Virus record (IMG/VR): IMGVR_UViG_3300048035_000135
Coordinates: 1-64,000 of that record
Origin: a virus
Length of the DNA stretch: 64,000 nucleotides
Strand: one strand, 5' to 3'
The notes beneath the pieces were generated by a model. That model saw only the letters and a program-made list of their open reading frames with translations, was not told the origin of the DNA and did not search any database. Position numbers and translations under genes: made by a program. This document shows, piece after piece, positions 56,415 to 64,000 of the stretch (its first letter is position 1; the number at the start of each line of letters is the position of its first letter).

Positions 56415-59400
56415 CTATAAATATCTAATTGATGAAAATCCACCTAATTTTGTAATATCTATAATTTGGTCTACCATATCTCTCGTTTTATCAATGTGAG
56501 ATATAGTAACTATGAAATCAAATTGATTCTTCAGGTAATCAAATAATAAATATAAAGAATTAAAGTTATCAGTATCTAATGAACCAAACCCCTCATCAAT
56601 TGCGATAAAGTTTGGACGGGGTAAATTTGATACATTTACCAATGCCGTTCTGATGGCTACTGATGAAATAAACTTTTCCATCCCACTAGTCAATTCTAAT
56701 GGCCAATATTCTTCAGTTCCATATGCAATATATGAATTAATATTCTTACCATCTGTATTTAGAAGGATTTGGAAATCTACAATTGGTTGTAATATATTAT
56801 TAATCTCTACTTCTAATTTAGGAAGTATCTCTGAGATTAATTCATATGGGATTCCATCTCTTCTAACACATTGTAAGTAGTATTCATATCCTTCATACTT
56901 TTGTTCCATCTCTTCTAACTTATCGATAGAATCATTTACAGTTTGTATTACATTCTCTGAAATACGAATATCACCATTGATATCAATTATATCATCATTT
57001 AAGTTAGAAATATCAACATCTAAATTATCTAAAGAATCTTTTGCTTTATCAATTTTTTGTTGTATCTTTGTATTATGCTTTACTGATGCTTTTTGTTCTA
57101 ATGATTTATTTATATTATTTTCTGTTGAATCTAATTTACTTTTTAACTCTGATAGTTCTAAGTTGCAAGATTTATTTGTTAATTGTAATTTTTCTATTTG
57201 ATTAGTTAAATCATCGGATTGTGTTTTCAGTTCTTGAACTGTAACCAACACTTCTCTAACATCGTACTTAAACATTTCCGATTTCATATCGATGATTTCT
57301 TCACTTAATCTATTTGATTTTAGTTTTAACTTTTCGATATCATCAGATAATGTTTTTGATTTTTTAGCGAATGGTGTATTTTGATTCTTTACACAATGTT
57401 CACAATTATCATCAAATGTTAACTGCCCAATTCCTTCTAAATGTTCTTCTTTATGGTCTATATCAGTATTAATAGAATCTAAAGAATGAGTAATCTCTTC
57501 CAATCTGTTAACATAGGATTGGTGTTTTAAGTGATTTTGTTTTAAAAGGTTTAAATCATATGATGTGTATGTTTCATTGACTCTATCTAAATCTTTAGTT
57601 AAAGTTTCAATATCTGTAACATACCCATTACATTCTTTTGATTTATCTACTATTTGTTGTTTTAATTCTTTTTTAAGTTCTCTAAGAGAATTTGTATCTA
57701 TTATTGTATCATCTACAGGTTTTAAATCTGATACTAAATTATCTTTGGTTTCTCTTAACTGATTTCTTTTATCTTTTAACTTAGATAACTTATCATTATG
57801 TTTAATTAGTACCTTTTCATTCTTTTGTAAATCTTCTTTTGCTTCCACTAACTTATCAGTAAAGTTTTGATTCTTATAATCTTTTAGTAAAGCACTTAAC
57901 TCTCTAATCTCATCATTAGCTATTTGATACAATTCTTCAAATACATTCATATCTAAAAATTGAGCAAGAAGTTCTTTCTTCTCTCTTTGTGATTTCTCAA
58001 TGAACCCACCACTATTAGATTGATTAGACATTGCTGTAAGAATGAAATCTTCATACGAACCAACATACTGTCTGATTATAGAGTTTGTATCTCTTCTCTC
58101 TTCACCATTTAGAGATTCAGTAGAACCATCTTCGTTTATCCTATAGAAGTTTACATCAACCTTTACAGTTCCCCTCTTAGGCGATTTCTTACCAACTCTT
58201 TCTATAAAGTAATCAATACCATTAATCTCAAAGTTAAACTTACAATCAAACTTTGATTTAGAATAGTTCAATACATCTAATGCTTTATTTGTACGAGAAC
58301 ACTTATCAAATAAACAGAATGATAGAGCATCCCATAATGATGATTTACCACTAGCGTTTGGGGCAAAGATTCCATATGCTCCTTTCATTTGTGAAAAATC
58401 AACTATGTTGTTTGTACCATATGAAAACATATTAGAGAACTCAAATGTTTTTGGTTTCCATATAATGTTTTTCATTCCGTGAACACCACCCAACTTATTG
58501 TTTATATCTTGATTGATGTTTCGTATCACTTCCATTTGTTCATCAGCGATGATGTACTTATCCGATAGATACTTTTCCATCATTTTATTTTGGAAACCAA
58601 TATCTCTTACGTTTTGTAATGTAATGTTTGAATCACCAATAGAATCTTTTCTATCTGATAATACTTTTTGAATCGTTAGTTCTTGTACTTTTCTACCAAT
58701 CTTAACCTCTGATATAATTTTCTTTAGTTGTGATTGAGTTGTATCTTTTACTCTAACTCTCATACGAGGTTTGTTAGGTATCGTTGGATTACCTATCAAC
58801 TTACCATTGTCAACATCTAAGGTTACATATCCATAATCGTTATGAATCGGAACAAACTCTGATTCTTTGGTTTCAACATCCCATACCAAAATACCATGCT
58901 CAGGATATTTAGCTTCGGCATGATTCTGCATAATCGTAGAACCACAATACTTAATCGTACCCTCATCATTTAGTGATTGATTTGGAACGTGGATATCACC
59001 CAATAGAACTAAATCATATCCATCGAATGAATCTACCTTTACGTTTTTGTTTTCTAATTGAAACCCATATTCTGTTTTTACCTTATCTACAGGAGCATGA
59101 TATAAAGCAATCTTATAATCACCATGCACTTCTTCAGATGGGATAATCTCTTTTACATCACCAAAAACAGATGAGTGTGAAAAGGAAATTCCACCCATTT
59201 TCCAAACTCCATCATCTTTTAGATAATGTAGATTTGAATGATTCAATGCGTTTACGATTGGTGATAATGCATCTAATCTATTTGGATTGTTTAGATTGGC
59301 ATCGTGATTACCTGGTATCATAATTGTTGGTAATAAATCCGATAGGTTTTTTAGAAATGTTTGAGTCATTTCTATAACCTCAGGAGTCATATCCGTTTTT

Positions 59401-59588
59401 GCGTGAACAATATCTCCACATAATACAATGATGGAATCATCAGTCTTTGTAGTGGAAATATAATCATAAAGATGGGAAAATACTTCCCTATATTCTTTAT
59501 GTCTTTTTAAATTTCTGATATGTACATCAGCGATGTGGTAAATCTTTTTGATTGTACCATCATACTTTATTCTCTTCGATTTTCTCAT
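56415..59588 (-). CDS. Fused Mre11/SbcD nuclease and Rad50/SbcC ATPase (gp47-gp46-like)
   Basis: ADVH, GDIVH, GNHD, GDIH phosphoesterase motifs; APNASGKS Walker A; CEHC zinc hook; SGMEKF signature; IDEGFGSLD Walker B. Confidence 0.92.
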   Translation of the reverse strand: MRKSKRIKYDGTIKKIYHIADVHIRNLKRHKEYREVFSHLYDYISTTKTDDSIIVLCGDIVHAKTDMTPEVIEMTQTFLKNLSDLLPTIMIPGNHDANLNNPNRLDALSPIVNALNHSNLHYLKDDGVWKMGGISFSHSSVFGDVKEIIPSEEVHGDYKIALYHAPVDKVKTEYGFQLENKNVKVDSFDGYDLVLLGDIHVPNQSLNDEGTIKYCGSTIMQNHAEAKYPEHGILVWDVETKESEFVPIHNDYGYVTLDVDNGKLIGNPTIPNKPRMRVRVKDTTQSQLKKIISEVKIGRKVQELTIQKVLSDRKDSIGDSNITLQNVRDIGFQNKMMEKYLSDKYIIADEQMEVIRNINQDINNKLGGVHGMKNIIWKPKTFEFSNMFSYGTNNIVDFSQMKGAYGIFAPNASGKSSLWDALSFCLFDKCSRTNKALDVLNYSKSKFDCKFNFEINGIDYFIERVGKKSPKRGTVKVDVNFYRINEDGSTESLNGEERRDTNSIIRQYVGSYEDFILTAMSNQSNSGGFIEKSQREKKELLAQFLDMNVFEELYQIANDEIRELSALLKDYKNQNFTDKLVEAKEDLQKNEKVLIKHNDKLSKLKDKRNQLRETKDNLVSDLKPVDDTIIDTNSLRELKKELKQQIVDKSKECNGYVTDIETLTKDLDRVNETYTSYDLNLLKQNHLKHQSYVNRLEEITHSLDSINTDIDHKEEHLEGIGQLTFDDNCEHCVKNQNTPFAKKSKTLSDDIEKLKLKSNRLSEEIIDMKSEMFKYDVREVLVTVQELKTQSDDLTNQIEKLQLTNKSCNLELSELKSKLDSTENNINKSLEQKASVKHNTKIQQKIDKAKDSLDNLDVDISNLNDDIIDINGDIRISENVIQTVNDSIDKLEEMEQKYEGYEYYLQCVRRDGIPYELISEILPKLEVEINNILQPIVDFQILLNTDGKNINSYIAYGTEEYWPLELTSGMEKFISSVAIRTALVNVSNLPRPNFIAIDEGFGSLDTDNFNSLYLLFDYLKNQFDFIVTISHIDKTRDMVDQIIDITKLGGFSSIRYL

Positions 59589-60517
59589 ACACCTAATAAC
59601 TTATACTCCATTAACTTTCTTAACGAAAGTAATTCGGTATTGCCTATTTCATTATAAATTTTTTCAAAACCTAATTCTGATGGGTCTGAATCTCCCATCT
59701 CAACAATGTGTACATCAATACCATTGTTCATTAATTCTTCTGCAAATCTAAGTGAGTTTTTAAATGCATCTGAATCTAATGCCAAATACACTTTTCTTAC
59801 ACCTTTACTGATTATCTTCTTTTGTAATTCTGATTGTGGTGATTTACCGAATAGTGGAATACTATTCATTCGGATTGCCATAGCATCAAATGCCCCCTCA
59901 CATATAACAATTGGTAAATCCCAATTGATAAACATCTCAAATCCCACAACATCTTTTGATACATTTGGGTTCTTATGTTTAAAACTACTATCGTAAAAAC
60001 TTCTACCCACAAAATAGTTTAACATACCATACTCATCATAAGATGGTACAATTACTTTATGTTTGTACGGGCCTTCTTCACAATAACCTATTTGGTACTT
60101 TATTATCTCTAATGAGGTTACACCCCTTCTATCTAAATAAGACAACGCATGCTTTCTTATAACGGATGTGGAAGGTTTCCATAACGGAATATATTCTTTG
60201 GGTAATTGAACTACCTTAGATTCTTCGGTAGTTACATCAGTTCTGTATCTATATTTTCTACTGAAAATAGAATTATGTTCATCCCAAATCTCTTTAGATA
60301 CTTTAAGTTTTCTAAATAGAGAACGGATTGATTTACCTTTTTCATCAGAAATCCAACAATGCCAAGGGTTATCTGCATTAGAGTTTAACTTAATGTTTAT
60401 CTCTAATTTAGGTTTATGATGGTTCACAAATGGTGACCAAAAGGCATAATTATCACCTGATGTTTTCTTAGCTTTTCCTAAGACAGATTCTAATAAAGAG
60501 AGTAGTCTTTCTTCCAT
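59585..60517 (-). CDS. DNA primase (DnaG/gp61-like)
   Basis: YLDRRG, YFVGR, ICEGAFDAM, LALDSDA TOPRIM motifs. Likely start MEERLL at 60517. Confidence 0.85.
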   Translation of the reverse strand: MEERLLSLLESVLGKAKKTSGDNYAFWSPFVNHHKPKLEINIKLNSNADNPWHCWISDEKGKSIRSLFRKLKVSKEIWDEHNSIFSRKYRYRTDVTTEESKVVQLPKEYIPLWKPSTSVIRKHALSYLDRRGVTSLEIIKYQIGYCEEGPYKHKVIVPSYDEYGMLNYFVGRSFYDSSFKHKNPNVSKDVVGFEMFINWDLPIVICEGAFDAMAIRMNSIPLFGKSPQSELQKKIISKGVRKVYLALDSDAFKNSLRFAEELMNNGIDVHIVEMGDSDPSELGFEKIYNEIGNTELLSLRKLMEYKLLGV

Positions 60518-60524
60518 ATTAAAG

Positions 60525-60556
60525 TAAATATACAAAAAATATTTGAATTATCCAAA
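60525..60556 (-). promoter_or_regulatory. Bacteroidota-type promoter for primase and Mre11-Rad50
   Basis: TTTG-N20-TATATTTA; ATG 7 nt downstream. Confidence 0.65.
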
Positions 60557-60973
60557 AAATTTCTTAGTTGGTTTTTCATCTATCCATTCTTGTGGGATTT
60601 CTTTCTTTGCCCATTTGAATCCGTTCTTCTCACACCATTGTGCATATGTGGTTTTAGAACCTTTGTATATTTTACCATTTGGGGATTGTAATACGAACCT
60701 TAAATCCATATCAGGATTTTGTTCTTTGATTAATAAATGCTTCTTTCTATCTTCGGGTAAAAACCATCCTTTAGATTCTATATAAATATCGTTAGGTAAT
60801 CTAAAATCGGGTTTGTAAGAATGAGTAGTTGCTGGAATTGTATAGGATACTTCGTGCTCTTCGTATTCACCATCAATACCTTGTGCTTTAAGTTGTTCAT
60901 CTATGCGAGTTTCCAACCCACTTTTGTGTCCCTTCATCTTTTGGATGTGAGACCAATTTCCTTTTTTATTCAT
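60548..60973 (-). CDS. T7 endonuclease I-like Holliday junction resolvase
   Basis: KSGLE, YKPDF.L, IESKG.F..EDRKKHLLIKEQ.P..DLRFV, TTYAQWCEKNGF. Confidence 0.9.
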   Translation of the reverse strand: MNKKGNWSHIQKMKGHKSGLETRIDEQLKAQGIDGEYEEHEVSYTIPATTHSYKPDFRLPNDIYIESKGWFLPEDRKKHLLIKEQNPDMDLRFVLQSPNGKIYKGSKTTYAQWCEKNGFKWAKKEIPQEWIDEKPTKKFFG

Positions 60974-60988
60974 AACTTATTCTTTTTT

Positions 60989-63052
60989 TTATTTTGCGTA
61001 TCCACCATAATTTACATTAGGGTCTTTTGGATTATTCGTTGGTTTTCCTGGAGGTTCGGTTGGGGTTTCATCAGGTAAAACATTATCTTGCTGTAACTGA
61101 TTTTCATCCATTGATTGAGTATCAAAAGCTTCTCCAAAATTACCATCAACTAAAATATCAGGTTTATCTAACTTATTCCAAATGAATCTACCATCACCCA
61201 TATCAGTAATAGTTGCAGTTCTACCACTCATTAAAGAACCAGTGCCTGGTGCTCCAAACGGGCCATCCATATCTAATCTAACCTTAACAGTTATATCTAC
61301 ATCACTTCTATTTTGAATAGCTGATGCTAGTTTACCAATTGCAACTAAATCACCATTTGGATTGTATAATCCAATTGTTGTAAAGTAGTTTCTGAAATCA
61401 GAACCTGTAACAAATGATTTTAGTATCGAACTATTAACATCATTGTTCTTTTTTAATGTTGGGTTTTGAGATACGTTAAATTCATTCTGACCAACTTCAC
61501 ATAATATGTTTACTTCATGTAGTTGTTTGGTTGATTTATATTTTGTTTGCCAACCATAGTTAGAACCTATTCCCTCTTGTCCACTTTGAATATTACCATA
61601 ATCCCACGTACCAGTTTGCCCAGTCCAAACATATCTGTATTTTGGTCTTGGGTCTGATACTACCATTATTCCGTGATTGTAAAATACTTCACCAACTACA
61701 TTCGTTTGATATGCTGAACCAGTTAGGTAATCATTGTTTGATAATCCTTCAATTTCAGATTTAGTTAATCCCCTATTGTATATACGGAACTCATCCAATG
61801 AACCACTAAGTGAATTATGACTTGATAATACATCAAATCCACCTGGTAAGGTTTTACTACCTAACAAAATATCATATTCGTTGGATATACCTCTGAGTGT
61901 TATAGAACCACTATCATCAGTTGGTAACGAACCCGTTACTTCTTTAACACCATCAACCCATAGTTCCATATGAGAACCTGTTTTGTTAAAACATATATGA
62001 TGTGCCGTATTATCATTTATTTTGGTTGTTGAATCTGTAATGATACTAGTGTTTCCGTTTGATAAGGATATTCTAACTTTTCCGTTATTAGAACTTTGAT
62101 TTTGGTTGTGAACTTCTATATCAAATGGAAATATTGGAGTTTCTCTATTTCTTCTAAACAGAGTTGGGTATGCATATCTATTTTCTCCAAACTCTTTGTT
62201 AGTACCCCTTTTAGATACTATTGAATTATAATTTTTCGAAACATCTTTTTGTTGTGTTGGTAAAACTGCCCATATTGATACTGAGTAATCTGATGTTGCG
62301 AAGAAGTTATAATTTTTGTTATGGTCTATTCTAATATAAGAATCAGAACCATTGAATGTTGCTTTAGTTCCAGATGGTAATTGGAAATCGCCTGTTGTTT
62401 TTATACCATCTGTATATGATATATTACTTCCATATGCGTGATGAATATAACCACTCCTATCTTCTATTATTTTATCAAGCTTAGTAGTTCTATTTACAAC
62501 CTCATCATTGAATCCCCAATAACCAACCAAATTTCCAAATGGAACATATGAACCAGTATCCAATCCATCATCATATAAATGGCCGTGAAACTCATCAACT
62601 TTTTTATCTTTTATAATTATGGAATCACAATTAGATGAGGTCATAGAAAAATCTATAACTTCAATTGTATTACATCTTATACCATCACCTAATCTGTTTT
62701 GAGGAATAGAGAATATAGATGCGGATGCGTATAAATCTCTTTCAGCTCTAGGTCTATGTTTAAAAAACATTTGGTTAAGGCTTGACCATACAACCTTTTG
62801 ATGTTTTATTTTTAAAAAATCTGTATTGGAAGAATCAGAGTTATCAATCTGGTCAATTTCTCTGTACGCTGGTAAACTTATTGATTCCGAAACATTTATT
62901 TTTTCACCAAAGTTTGGGGATATACCTTTTATTACGGATGTCTGATATGAATCTGTTCGTTGATTTATATCAGTAACTACCCATCTTTTATAGGTGTTGA
63001 ATGGTCTTAGTTGTATGCCACCCCCATTGATTGGTTTGTAAGCTGTTGCCAT
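60989..63052 (-). CDS. LamG/concanavalin-domain virion (baseplate-type) protein
   Basis: LVGYWGFND, ATFNGSDSYI, LDEFRIYNRGL LamG motifs; C-terminal TTIGLYN..GDLVAIGKL. Confidence 0.7.
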   Translation of the reverse strand: MATAYKPINGGGIQLRPFNTYKRWVVTDINQRTDSYQTSVIKGISPNFGEKINVSESISLPAYREIDQIDNSDSSNTDFLKIKHQKVVWSSLNQMFFKHRPRAERDLYASASIFSIPQNRLGDGIRCNTIEVIDFSMTSSNCDSIIIKDKKVDEFHGHLYDDGLDTGSYVPFGNLVGYWGFNDEVVNRTTKLDKIIEDRSGYIHHAYGSNISYTDGIKTTGDFQLPSGTKATFNGSDSYIRIDHNKNYNFFATSDYSVSIWAVLPTQQKDVSKNYNSIVSKRGTNKEFGENRYAYPTLFRRNRETPIFPFDIEVHNQNQSSNNGKVRISLSNGNTSIITDSTTKINDNTAHHICFNKTGSHMELWVDGVKEVTGSLPTDDSGSITLRGISNEYDILLGSKTLPGGFDVLSSHNSLSGSLDEFRIYNRGLTKSEIEGLSNNDYLTGSAYQTNVVGEVFYNHGIMVVSDPRPKYRYVWTGQTGTWDYGNIQSGQEGIGSNYGWQTKYKSTKQLHEVNILCEVGQNEFNVSQNPTLKKNNDVNSSILKSFVTGSDFRNYFTTIGLYNPNGDLVAIGKLASAIQNRSDVDITVKVRLDMDGPFGAPGTGSLMSGRTATITDMGDGRFIWNKLDKPDILVDGNFGEAFDTQSMDENQLQQDNVLPDETPTEPPGKPTNNPKDPNVNYGGYAK

Positions 63053-63082
63053 GCGTGTTCATTATCGTTCTTAAAATATTAT

Positions 63083-64000
63083 TTAAAAGTCTAACTTAAC
63101 TTTCACCAATACTTCATTTGAAAATGATTTTAGAATTGGTTTAGATAACTTAGCCACTGCTAATAGTTGTTGTGTACTATTATACAATCCAACAGTTGTA
63201 ATGTACGATTTAGGATTGTTAGCAAATGTTGGTTGTCTAAACGAACCATTCGAACCTGTTACATATGATGGATTATTTGAGAAATTATACTCACCATTTT
63301 TAGCTCTTACGAAATAGAATGTTGATTGTACTCTTTCTTCGTTTCTTGCTGCAAATCCGTTGTTTGCGTTAATTACAGCTGCTCCACTAATAGATGTGAA
63401 TAATCTAAATGCGTTATCACCATCTGTGTTTGAAGTTTTAACAGTACCAAAATTAAGTTGTGCTAAATCTAACTTATCTGCGTTTAGGATAATAACACCC
63501 TGCTCAGGATATACAGAACCATACTCAATAGCTGAATTGAAAACTCCGTTTAGGATTGAACCTGAAACTAAGCTATATACTCTACCAATTTGTGTTGCTG
63601 CTTGTTGAGTATCACCACTATTATCAATTAATGAGATTACTAAGTCATCACCATGTATTGCTGGAGTTGATGCTCCTGTTAGTTTAGCTAAGTGAAGTTC
63701 AAAGTTACCAGGGTCAAGTCTATCTTTCAACCTAGCTCTGTTCATATTGATTGCGTAAATCTGCTGAGTTGTTGTGTTATTAAACTTAAATACTCTTTGA
63801 TTATCTGGAAGTAGGATTTGTGCGTACTGAGAATAGATAGCATTAGATGGAGAATCTTCATTCTGACCTAATGAACCACTACCTTGATTGTGTCCGTATG
63901 TTACTGAAAACTGAGATTCTGATGTAGCATCAGTTGATATCTTATTGAAAATCTCATAATAATATTGTTTCTGAGTATCTGATTGTGCCGAAGATGTAAA
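63083..64000 (-). CDS. Virion/baseplate protein, partial (start beyond window end)
   Basis: Frame stays open to 64000. C-terminal ITTVGLYN..QLLAVAKLSKP...VKVKLDF is paralogous to the downstream gene. Confidence 0.7.
   Translation of the reverse strand, partial: FTSSAQSDTQKQYYYEIFNKISTDATSESQFSVTYGHNQGSGSLGQNEDSPSNAIYSQYAQILLPDNQRVFKFNNTTTQQIYAINMNRARLKDRLDPGNFELHLAKLTGASTPAIHGDDLVISLIDNSGDTQQAATQIGRVYSLVSGSILNGVFNSAIEYGSVYPEQGVIILNADKLDLAQLNFGTVKTSNTDGDNAFRLFTSISGAAVINANNGFAARNEERVQSTFYFVRAKNGEYNFSNNPSYVTGSNGSFRQPTFANNPKSYITTVGLYNSTQQLLAVAKLSKPILKSFSNEVLVKVKLDF

Noticed and set aside
1468-63608. Numerous plus-strand ORFs of 60-235 aa (e.g. 7017-7724, 54397-55041)
   Set aside because: All are antisense shadows of well-supported minus-strand genes, with no recognisable motifs or expression signals.
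1-64000. tRNA, rRNA, introns, inteins, integrase or transposase
   Set aside because: No cloverleaf or splicing motifs were seen by eye; terminase, portal, capsid and sheath are uninterrupted; intergenic gaps are short. A covariance-model scan was not run.
1-64000. Stop-codon reassignment as in some large phages
   Set aside because: Genes are full length in the standard code, and TAA, TAG and TGA all end genes.

Overview
This 64 kb, AT-rich window comes from a large T4-like (far-T4) myovirus genome, with essentially all genes on the minus strand. It holds the morphogenesis module: terminase large subunit, portal, prohead protease, scaffold, major capsid, neck proteins, tail sheath and tube, tape measure, baseplate, several fibre proteins and a 3454-aa repeat fibre. 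It also carries PhoH, a phage ribosomal protein bS21, an Mre11-Rad50 fusion, primase, a T7 endonuclease I-like resolvase and a probable family-A DNA polymerase N-terminus. Four TTTG-N20-TATATT(T/A)(G/A) promoters point to a Bacteroidota host. The main candidates for new biology are: (1) a translation switch, since many late genes carry Shine-Dalgarno sites that Bacteroidota ribosomes normally ignore, while the phage bS21 appears to lack the anti-SD-sequestering Tyr and has no SD itself; (2) polyproteins of small domains joined by prohead-protease-like (I/L/V)xE linkers, two modules being flanked by DNA direct repeats, suggesting a shuffled capsid-delivered cargo; (3) an HxGH nucleotidyltransferase fused to an RNA-ligase-like domain; (4) a likely +1/-2 frameshift joining gp26-like and gp51-like chaperones; (5) a late-promoter motif that is the reverse complement of the T4 consensus. 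All family assignments come from motif recognition by eye; no searches were run.
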